Assembly: GCF_036588685.1 (NCBI RefSeq)
Contig: NC_086381.1
Coordinates: forward strand, 66,402,001-66,466,000
Reading direction: 5' to 3'
Length of the DNA stretch: 64,000 nucleotides
Origin: Mytilus trossulus
Taxonomy: Eukaryota
Below, piece after piece: positions 53,306 to 64,000 of this stretch. Both the position numbers and the translations under genes were made by a program. Within the stretch, counting starts at the first letter, position 1. Each line of letters opens with the position of its first letter. Below the pieces are notes generated by a model. That model was given only the letters and a program-made list of their open reading frames with translations. It was not told the DNA's origin and made no database searches.

Positions 53306-53610
53306 TTTATGCCCCACCTACGATAGTAGAGGGGCATTTTGTTTTCTGGTCTGTGCCTCCGTTCGTTCGTTCGTTCGTCCGTCTGTGCGTCCGTCTGTGC
53401 GTCCGTTCGCTTCAGGTTAAAGTTTTTGGTCAAGGTAGTTTTTGAAGAAGTTGAAGTCCAATCAATTTGAAACTTAGTACACATGTTCCCCATGATATGT
53501 TCTTTCTAATTTTAATGCCAAATAATAGTTTTGACCCCAATTTCATGGTTCACTGAACATAGAAAAATATAGTGCCAGTGGGGCATCCGTGTACTATGGA
53601 CACATTCTTG
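53306..53610 (+). mobile_element. Helentron-associated non-autonomous element (HINE/DINE-1-like)
   Basis: subTIR atgccccac/gtggggcat, internal (GTTC/GTCC)n microsatellite, 3' hairpin gtgt...acac, inserted in a T-run; empty site in the paralogue near 40995. Confidence 0.8.
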
Positions 53611-55525
53611 TTTTTACATTCATTAATTATGTCGTTGGTTATCTCGTTTGACTTGTTCAAGATTGTCATTTCGAACCTGTTATAGCTGACTATGCGATAT
53701 GGGCTGATAATTTATGTCTCATTTTGGTCTCTAATGTATTGTTATCTCATCGGCAATCATACTAGATTTTCCTTTTTTATATTTACGATTCAATACGATT
53801 ATAAATCTTCCTAGGAGTCCTATGATACTAACTATATGTCAATTCCTTTTAGCGGATGAAGTATGGAGTGGTGCATATAGTCCTGACCAAGACGGAAATT
53901 TTGTATTTGCTGCAGACAATAGTGTTTTTAACTTAACGAATGTTCCCTTTGGAACCGGTAAGTTTTGTCTTCTAATATAATCAAGTAAAATAACTATTGT
54001 TTAAAATGTACTGTTTATAATAATAATGTCAGGTATGTGTAATTAAAAGAAACTTTGATATTTATGAAAAACGCAGAAGGATTTCAAATTCAGATGTTTG
54101 GGATACATGGATAAAGCTGAAATGATATATATCAACGGGACGACAATGACCCAACAACACAAACAAGACATAGTAATTTTGTCAATAGAAGAAGTCTTAA
54201 ATATTTCAGAGGTTGAAAAAGTGCGAATGAAACTGTTTTAAGGAATAACATTCATCACTTCTGATATAAAGGGAGTGCGCAAGAGAACAAAAACAATAAA
54301 CAAAAGGTACAGCAAACTAAATACTAGTTAAAAGTCGATACAACGATAACGATACCACACATAAAGGCAACAGTACATAACCGATATTCTGATATCATAT
54401 TTCGATAAGGAAGACAAGCAAACGAACTTATACATCTTCGGATTTCAAATCTTTGATTTTGAGCGTTCCTGATGAAGGTTAATCCAGAAAAAAAAAACGC
54501 GTCGGACGCATGAAATTATTACACTTTTTGTTTTCAATATTTTAAACCAAAAGCACAGGGATTCACAGGAACGTAACCAGAAGTAATACCGGATGTTATG
54601 AAAATGTTTGCGTCTTTTTCTATGCATTCACTTTCTACTGTACAAATTTACAGTCAGTTAAACTGTCATAATATGGATCGGGACACTATCAATTAAATTG
54701 TATATAAGACATCTCTTCTGATATCTAAAGATCAAAGTCTATGAAAAGTCAGAAAAATGTAACCAAGTTAATTGAAACATTGATATATCGACCATTTTCG
54801 TCAACTTATTTGTGATGATAACATGGTTTCTTATGTGGTGTCATTTTCAGTCGGTCATGTCTCTGTTAGAGCGGATTTTGAATAAGACGAGCATCCCTAA
54901 GAATGAAGTCAGTAGTGTGTGAAATTACCCGATTACAAATGTGCTATCTACACACAAACTTAGGTATGAGGAATAACAACTAGAGTCGACACTACAGAAG
55001 ATAACATGTCACCATCACGAATTGTTTGACCGAAACGATGTGTGTTGATTCAACTCACTCACCACTTAATTGAGAGATGAAAACACCATACGAAATGGCA
55101 GAGGGACTATTACGAAACATGCATCTGGTAAAGTCGAATCTGTAAATTGAGAGTACCATACTCAGACGAGTAATTTTCCGAAAATGACTGTTTTTTTCGA
55201 AATGACGTCGACAACATTTCTAGAATGCCTCTTTTGAAGAGATGATAACGTTCAATGACGGTTTCTATACTGTTTATGTTTTCTTTAAACCATGATATCA
55301 GATGGTGAGAAACTGTGAATATATATATATATATAAATATTAATTGATTCAAATACCAGGATGTTCTTATATGATGAATTTTACCGATTTCTTGTCCTTC
55401 TACAGAAGCTATTGGGTATATTTTTGACAACGGCTTAGTCTATCAAAACTGTCTGACTGTTTTCCTTTTTTTCTGATTTACATTTAATTGTTTTCATACA
55501 ATATTCAGCATCTGTTTTAAAATCA

Positions 55526-55865
55526 GAGAGCTGCGGTGTAGTGGTTAGTGCATCGGACTACTAACACAAAGGTCCTGGTTCGATTCCCGTTCGGGGATGA
55601 ACATTTTAGAGACTGATTTTCGGCTCTCACTTGACACCATTTGCGAGTACGGTCTTTGGTAAACGATGATAGGCTGTCGGATGGGGACGATAAATGGCTG
55701 ACCCGTGTTAAGAGAGAGCCATATCTTTTGCAGATTAAAGACACTCTTGTAGATTTTGAAAAAAGAGTAGGCTTATACCGCGACAATGCAGCACTCGCAC
55801 CCGACAAGTGGAAAGGGATTAATATAAGTTGCAAGACTTGTTTCCCAATCCACTATAAATAAATA
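55526..55865 (+). mobile_element. tRNA-derived SINE (Deu/Nin-domain-like central region)
   Basis: A box ggtgtagtggtt, B box ggttcgattcc, (taaa)n tail. Confidence 0.75.
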
Positions 55866-57039
55866 CAAATGTATGTTTAAACTCCAATAAATTTTCTTTT
55901 TTTCTTTTTTTCAGGTTTTTTTTATTTCGAAAACCACTGTATTACTATTGATGTCTTTAATGGTAGTTCATTTTGGGGTGATGAAGTCTGTGCGAACGAA
56001 AATCAATATGTTTGTAAATTTCCATGGGTTAGTAGGAACATAATTTGTGAAATTATTTGATAGAACTGATTTCTTTTTGTATCTTATCATGCTTATTGAA
56101 ACAAAGTCACTTATCTACAGTCCATTATGTTATCATGTATAACCAAACATCAATCTGTATTATTAGTTTGTCTTTTTGCAAATTAAGCGAATTTAAACAA
56201 AGAAGCTACATCATAAAAATGGAAATGGGTCATATCATGTGACTGATTTTTTTACATGGATTTTTCGAGGAAACGGTAGTTTTTTTCCCAAAAAAAGTAA
56301 CACATAAAGTGTGTTCAATGGATAAGACTATCATCAATGTGTCCAATGAACGAGGCGTACAACGTATCATCAGTCTGTTTAATGAATGAGTCTGATCATG
56401 ATCGTGTTAAATGCATGGTAATTATCGTCGAATTGATCATAACATGTACATAAGAAGCACAAAGGGGCAACCTTTAGAAGCAGGAGCTCATCCTTTGTTT
56501 TGACGGCTTTCGATGAAGTTCACATTTTTGTGGGTATCAATGTTTCGTGGAATGAGGAAAACTTGCATTTTCGTGAATAGTTTATTTCGTAGTATTGCAA
56601 AAGTCTGCCTATATTCTCATTCCTTTGGAAAATAAATTATTCAAAAAGTTAAATAACTAAAATACCGAACTCCAAGGAAAATTCTAAAACGGAAAGCCCT
56701 TATAACATGGCAAAATCAAAAACAACCTAAGGTTCCACAATTGATTCACATCGGAGCCAGTTATTGTACTTTGTTTTTAAAACGGCAAATAATTTCTGAG
56801 TTACCCTTTAGCTGTAGGTTTCTTGCAAATGTATTACACTTTTTTTTGTTCATGTTTGGCTCTTTTAATAAAAGTTGGTTGTAAGAACATGGTTGAAAAA
56901 AGTGGTGTCTTTCTCATTTTGACATACCTAATAATTTGAGAAATATTTTGAACTAAATTTTGTACACTCAAGATTTGTACCGTCGTAAGCTAAAGCTAAT
57001 TGACCTGGCCTCGTGATAGTGGAAGATATTAGCAGGCAA

Positions 57040-59998
57040 AATCGAGGGAATTGTGCAAATGATGATACAAGCATGAAAATTACCACAAAGCATCATTATT
57101 ATATACTTTTAAAGAAACAACTGCTGGCCATTTAAAAAAAATATTTTTTCAAGATGGCCACCGCCGTTTTCTAAAATGGCTGTTTTTTTCAGTTTGAAAA
57201 TACTGATTTTTTCAGGAAAACTTTTCGTTTACCTTTTTTTGGTGAAAAACAGCTGTCAGGTTTGGTAGCTACCTTCTTTACATGTAAATAATTCACTAGA
57301 CATGAGTATTTGATACATACAGGGTTTGCGCATGCGCGAAAATGTAACAATATTCATTAAAAAATATTTAAACTATTTACTATAAAATAAGTGATTTGAG
57401 ATTTTCAATTATATTATGATTTGGTTTGATAACATTTTTCAAGGTTATAACACACATGATTTAACAATTTTGCGCATGCGCAAACTATTTATAGACTAAT
57501 GAGTGATTTGTATGCACTACCAGGGCAAACTGGTATAAATCGTAGATCATCTCATTACTCTTAAAAGCAAGTAAGTGTAAAATCTATGATGCCACTGTTT
57601 AAAAAACAAGCCAGTTTAGTTGCAATGATCAGATATTTGATAGATGAGACGGAAAATGTGGTTAAAACGAGAAAAACATCAATAGTAACGGCAGATCAGC
57701 CACTTTTAGTAATGGATATTCAGTTGGAATTGCCTGATTTGTACAGAGAGATAAGTTTATCGTCATGTAAGGTGGATTTCACATTTCACATTTCTCTTTG
57801 ACGTTTAATGATTTGATAGACTGGCGTAAAAGAATATAGTCATCTCTACCACAGTTCAATTCCTGGCGTTCAATTATAAAATAAGAACTTCTTGTGAATT
57901 TGGTAGTATATGCTTATTTCATGAGTCAGATTTTGTACAAACAGTCCATATAAAGCATGATACTGTATTCATTTAGGTTTTGATCGTGTAACATATTCTC
58001 GATCTCGACCGAGATATGGCTTCCCTTCTCACAGGTGACAATTGATTTTGAAAATGATAATTTTACTGTACGAAAGACAAGAAAATATTTTTCTTATAAC
58101 ACAATTGATCAGACAAAAACAGAATAATGCAATTGTAATGGGCGATGTGTTGTCATAGGTTTAACCGGTTTAACCGAAGACCTCATTTAGACGTATTGGT
58201 GGTAGCTAACCCAGAAGTCAGTAGACTATCAGATAAATTTACAAGATCTAGTGGTTGGAGGCATTCTATAATAGATGAACGACTTAATGAACACGCAAGG
58301 GTTTCTACAAAAAGATCAAAGGCAAATAATTTGAAGATCGTTTGAAGCAAATACAAAACGAAGGAGAACCGGTTTCTTATAACCAGATTAAAAAGAACAA
58401 CTCTTAGTATGTCGGTAAAATAAAACTGCAAACGTTTTTGTAAAAAACAAAGCTAGAGCTCTTAGATATCTTTTCTAGACTTTTATTTTTTGTCGCAGTG
58501 GGCAAATTAATTTGGAATATTTCTTAATCCATAAAGACAAACTACTCTTCCGTTTTTGTATTTGGATGTCATTGTAAACAGTGGTATTAAATCGGTGCCA
58601 ATTGATAAACTTGAAACATTTTGTAATTTGCAGATCCAAATTCTGACGCATTTATCGTTGATAGAGCAGCAATGGTTAATTCCAGGCCACCTTGTAGGGA
58701 ATCAATATTTGATGATTTTGCAATTGTGTTATACGGCCTTAAATAAAATCTTGCATCGATAAGTATTAAAGAGTATATATTGTGTTAGATTTACTAAATG
58801 AATCATTGAAAGGCTAGATGTGAGAAGACAACAGTTGGGTTCTGGAGTAGTTTTCTCTATGAAGATGACAACGAAACGAAATTTTTCAAGTGTCTTGCCG
58901 ACAGAAATGCTTCTGTAGAGACTAATAAGGATACTTTCCAGCTACCCCTTGTAAGCATGGAGAAGCAGATATACGAATGTTTGTCCATGTTCGGCCTGAT
59001 TATGAAAATTGTTGTAGGACGGTAATTTAAGGTAGCACCGACACAGATGTAGTAGTATTAAGAATTGCAGCACTACAAAAATATGGTGGAACAAACTGTG
59101 AATAGGTTTTGACAGGAATGAAGACTTTTGATGGCTTCCTGTACGTGATATATCAAATGCGTTTGGTCCTTGTGTAGCTACTCTTCCTTTCATTCATACA
59201 TTCAGTGCATGTGACACTAAGGGAAACGTCAGTTTGGATGACATAGGAAGTATTTCAACATATACGGGACGTACTTATTTCTTTGCTGAAGTATAAAGAC
59301 ACATACAAGGATATAACAGAAGCATTTATTTGCATCATGTATTACAGAACAACATCACTATTTGCTGTTAACGAGGCACGATGTAAATTTTTACCAAGGA
59401 AGCAGCGGCATTGTGACGTAGTTCCGCCTACAAGAGTTTTTTTTTCGGAGCACATCCAAAGAGCAGCGTATCAAGGAGGATAAGTTTGAGCTCAGCCTGA
59501 TTTATGTACCAATTCATGAACACTGGGGTTGGATGAAAGAAAAAAATCGAGGACTTCTTCGGCTACCGTTAAAGTTGCATCCTCCTGTCGGGAACTTTTG
59601 AAATGAGGAGGCGAAAAATCCAGTTGTGTTGGTGACTGTAAATGCTACCGTTCTGTCCTTGCTTGTACGAGTTTAGTTATTGGCTACTGTCCGATAATTT
59701 TAAGACTCGAACCTGTCTTTCTAACAAAACTAGGCATTTAATCTTAACAAAGAATGTGATATCACTTGTTAAGTTGATAAAAATTATAAAAAAAAAAAAA
59801 ATTTCAAACATTTTGCCGCCATTTTGAAACCGGAAATCACTCTTTTTTGTCATTTATGTGTTGTTTTTCCGTAATTTAGGAAATGTAATTTACGTTTAAT
59901 AAAACCTTTCATTGGATAATACCTATAACACAACTTTCAAAGATTTACAACTGGATATGACGCCATTTGCAAAATGATTGGTGGCCATCTTGAAAAAC
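57040..59998 (+). mobile_element. Decayed Academ-like DNA transposon
   Basis: Fragments PLF...AMI...TADQPL and VNEAR...PPT...HIQRAAYQG; inverted subterminal caagatggcc motifs. Confidence 0.65.
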
Positions 59999-60004
59999 CC
60001 TTTA

Positions 60005-60495
60005 AATACCCTCGGGGACTGATAGTCAACAAGCAGAGGTATCGACCCAGTGATGTATAAATTGAAAACAACACGTCATATAACTTAATGCGTCCGACGC
60101 GCTTTTCTGCGTTTACCTTCATCAAAAACGCTCAAAGCCTTACATTGAAATCCGAGGGAGTTGAAACTTTTGTTGCTTTATAATTACAAAGTGTATTAAC
60201 GGACATTTTAGAAAGGTTAGCTATAAATCATGTCAGTACCGAAGTACTGACTACTGAGCTGATGAAACCCTCGTGAACTGATAGTCCACCAGCAGTAGTA
60301 TTGACCCACCGATGTAAAAAATTGAAAACAACACGTCAAATAGTTGAATGCATCTGAAGCGGTTTTCTTGATTTACCGTCGTCAGGAACTCTCAAAGCCT
60401 AACATTTGAAATCCGAGTGATGTATAAGTTGAAGAGCTGGTTTACAAAAATACCTTAAATAAAAAGCCAAATTCATCTAAGGTCAACTTTGCTTG
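60005..60495 (-). mobile_element. Tandem retrozyme-like repeat, third hammerhead type (decayed); related copies at ~40125-40230 (-) and ~54455-54545 (+)
   Basis: ~260-bp repeat; core pattern GCGTTC-CTGATGA-agg..-GAAA-agcgcg-TC-GGACGC with point changes in each copy. Confidence 0.65.
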
Positions 60496-62388
60496 AGTAT
60501 ATGAGTTAAAAACCAAGATAAAGGTGCTTATTTTAGGACTTTAATAGACCGGCATACCTGCATGCAGGCTAAAAACGATTTTTTTGCAAAGCCAATAACT
60601 TAAGCTAACATTTTGCCCGGTCGTAGACATTTCATGCGGTGCAGTTTTTTTTAAAAGGAAAGAAAAAAGGCCTTGGGATTTGTCTTCAAATTTCAAGATG
60701 GGAAACAGGTTGTGAAATTTTTTACTTTTGTTTTTTATTTGACATATAATGTAGCATTTCATACATAATTAAATTGTTTATGCATAATGTTAAAATCAAA
60801 AACGTCCCAACAGACACGGGCATAGCGAACAAGTTGTGAAATATAAACACCGTAAGTACTCTATTATTTACTTCTAAATTATTTTCAAAATGTGATATTC
60901 TCTTATCTACCACATTCATACATTTATTTAAATATGAATAAAGAGATTTTTTTATCAGATTTTTCCCGTTTACACCATTTTTTACAAAACGAGGAAAGAG
61001 CATCTTTGGTGATTTGACAAAACTCTTTCTAATCTATTTTAATTGGAGGACGATATTTGGGCCCTTTTTTCAACACGTTTTTAACCTCTCTATCCTGGGC
61101 GATATTGAAGTCCTCTGTAATAACATGGCCATAGGGAACATATCTAAACTTCGACGATTCACAGTTTCAAGTTAAGGGAGTATTACTATGGTTATGGAAT
61201 AACCGTTTCACAAATGATATCGGATATGTTCCTTTCATGAATGTGACCTACCGAATTAGACTATTTACCGGATTTGTAGTCACATAAGCAACACGACGGG
61301 TGCCACATGTGGAGCAGGATCTGCATACCCTTCCGGAGCACCTGAGATCACCCCTTGTTTGTGGTGGGGTTCGTGTTGTTTATTCTTTAGTTTTCTATGT
61401 TGTGTCATGTGTACTATTGTTTTTCTGTTTGTCTTTTTCCTTTTTAGCCATGGCGTTGTCAGTTTGTTTTAGACTTATGAGTTTGTCTGTCCCTTAGGTA
61501 TCTTTCGTCCCTCTTTTACTATCTATATTCACGTCTGATGTAACCGACATATAATTATAAATTAAACTTCTGCTGTTTTTTTTTTTTATATGTATGACAT
61601 TATATGTGGTTCTGTTTTATCAAAAAAGGGAGGTATACAGTTTTGAACGGTAGCTAGAGTCATTAAATATACTAGATAAGTTGATAAAAAACACTTCTGC
61701 TAATATATTTAATTTTCAAAAAATGACGTTTATTATCTACAGGTTTGTCGATACGCGGGAACACCCTATGGTGGCTAAAAAGCTGTAATTGTACGATAAT
61801 ATTCATACAGTGGGCTGAAGAATGAGATGGTGTCACACTCTTTGAAAAAATCGTGTAATTTACTAAAGGTTATTTGACCTAGTTTACATAATAATTGATG
61901 CTTACCATTTTTTTTAAATATAGATAGGAGATTACCAATTGCATAATTTATACGATGTTTAACTCGTTGATTTCGATTGACACGTTTCCAATGAGTCCAA
62001 TAATTTCGTTGGTTTTAGTTATCAATAATATGCATGATATCAATAGAGGAAGTAATAGATATGTTCCCTTGTCCAAGTATATTGTCATTTAGACCAAGTT
62101 GATAAACTGTTTGAAGTCGTTTAATCCAAGACAGTTCGATAATTTTACGGGAATCGTCAAATTGTTTATGCGACTGTCCTTGTTATTTCTGGACCGTTTC
62201 GAGCGGTTGAATTCTATCAAATCTAATATTGTGGTTGTATTTACCTAAATTTTGATAAATTATGCTTTTGAATTTATTAGGTTTCCGGAAGCGGTATAGA
62301 TGTTCCTGTGTTCGTTAAAAAAACTCCCGTCCTGTTTGTCCTACATATTGTATACCACACTTGGGCTTAGTTCAGGTTTATATTCGTT

Positions 62389-63307
62389 CTAAACATAGTT
62401 CTTGTGTTTATCATCTTGTTTGCATCTGAAATGCATATACTCGTTTTTCCTATTCTGTTTTGCATTTGAAAGCCTTTTCAAAGCCTCTCTCAGCTTTTCG
62501 CTCATGAATATGAAGATAAAAAAGTCTGAAGTACATACAATGATCATTAAAAGCTTTAAAACTTCAATTAGAAGTTTTAAATGTTCCTGTGTAATATCAA
62601 TGTGTCCCAAAACAATGTTCATCATATAGTTTATTGGTTTGCTGTATGGTGACGATCCGAGTATACGAAAATATACTTTTTTTTATCAATGGTATATAGA
62701 CAGCTGTACCTAAGTATGTCAACGTATATATGTTTTCCTTAATATTGCGTAAGTATTCATCTGTTCCATTACGAAGTGTATTTCCTATGATTTCAAACGT
62801 TTGTTTTTCGTATGCTTTTAATTCCCTTGCATAACGAATATGTTGGCAGCAAAGACATCTAGATAATCAAAATAATGTTTAAAATGTCTCCTACACCTCT
62901 AATCCATAAGCCCATATACACGATTTTCAAATATGAGAGTCAGATCTTCTACTTTTTTGTCACATCATCTTCATGATTAGATGGTATTTTATCAAACTTT
63001 GAAATACAGGAACGATATGGTATATTACAGTAGGGAATATTATTTAAACATGCTGCAAATCGGTTGAACAGCTCAGTTTTTGTCTTATGTACATTTGTAA
63101 TGCTACGTTCTGCGTGTTCAGGTTGGATCTGTAAGTACTGAATAGAGTTGAGCTAACATTAATCCTTGGGAGTTCTGCTAGAAAATTACTATCATACCGT
63201 AAACAATCAATATGCAAGATTTCTTCTCGGCTCTTGAAACCGTGGCATCCACGTACAAGCTTCCTTCGGCAAAGTGTAAATATTATATAACATATTGATA
63301 TCAACAT
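62389..63307 (-). pseudogene. Possible frameshifted 7TM receptor remnant
   Basis: LKLLMIIVCTSDFFIFIFMSEKLREALK resembles TM7 plus helix 8; upstream frames are broken. Confidence 0.35.
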
Positions 63308-64000
63308 TGTAATAACTGCATTAAACAGTTTTTATGGAAAGTTGACAATCAAATTCCATTGTTTGTTCACTTGAAAGATGCCCCAAAGGTCAAAGCGAAA
63401 AAGCTTTTACTAAAACTCACAAAATAAATAAAACACTATCAAGTGAGCGATATATCTAAATCGATGAGATTACTTAATTTCTGTCGACTGAATTTCCAGT
63501 TTCTTAAATGTTCAATCATCCGAACGTATTGTTTTTAAAGTAATCTTTCAATTATAATATACAAAATTGTTCAAATGAAAAAAATAATAATAAGATAACC
63601 GATCGGATAAACTTAACCTGGAACGATTTGCTAAAAAAGACAACTTAATTCAAATAAGTTGAAACACGTTTATTCATGATTATAAAAAAAATACTATTGG
63701 ACACAGTCAGACGACAATAGCGAAGCAATTAAGATGTGCTAAAGACATTCTTGGTTTTATATACCATATACAGTAAATCTTTAAATCACTCCATAATTAA
63801 TTTCTATTTAGCGCTGATCACATTTAAATATCTAAATCACATTACAAAAAAATAATTCAAAGGAACGCCAAACCCCAAAGAGGAAAAATCAACCCACTTC
63901 AGAGGTATCGACAAATGCTATCTTTTTGTATATATGATATGTTATTTCGAAATATTGTACCTTAAGATTTATGAATGAATAAAAGTGCACAGCATACTGT

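Larger units (their letters stand above)
50187..61778 (+). pseudogene. Secreted C-type lectin gene, apparently disrupted; exons 50187-50200, 50362-50475, 50600-~50691, 51481-51571, 53853-53957, 55915-56027, 61743-61778 (last exon tentative)
   Basis: ECVPTTTCPEGY...PNC / SICTMTPGASLWRPNTEAE / VWSGA...DGNFVF / ENHC...FWGDEVC..ENQYVCKFPW. Stops at 50441 and 50447, a phase mismatch after exon 2, and exon 3 runs into a stop at 50689. Confidence 0.8.

Noticed and set aside
55526-55600. tRNA gene
   Set aside because: The acceptor stem does not close and a SINE body and tail follow.
1-64000. CRISPR arrays, rRNA, prokaryotic operons
   Set aside because: None seen; the sequence is eukaryotic with spliceosomal introns.

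Overview
AT-rich, intron- and repeat-rich animal genomic DNA. The repeat families and gene types point to a bivalve, most likely a mussel (Mytilus); this is an inference. Reading splice sites and codon phases by hand gives four gene models that the ORF track shows only in pieces. (1) A compact chitin synthase on the minus strand (~1.3-12.5 kb) with intact GEDRW, QRRRW and SWGTR motifs, plus an inverted, stop-containing duplicate of its 3' end at 14.3-16.0 kb. (2) A 195-aa secreted, divergent dermatopontin-like protein (minus, 26.3-29.9 kb). (3) A ~90-aa secreted Cys-rich, beta-defensin-like peptide (plus, 44.9-48.4 kb). (4) A C-type lectin pseudogene (plus, 50.2-61.8 kb). The 33-55 kb region is a mosaic of one tandem and two inverted duplications. 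One inverted block puts the same TATA box, short first exon and splice donor in front of both the dermatopontin-like gene and the peptide gene. About ten type I hammerhead ribozyme motifs of at least three sequence types lie in ~250-360-bp retrozyme-like repeats, including a tandem pair able to release a 362-nt monomer. Penelope-like, Academ-like, Harbinger-like, Helentron (HINE), MITE and tRNA-SINE remnants fill much of the rest. All gene models are manual and not verified by transcripts.
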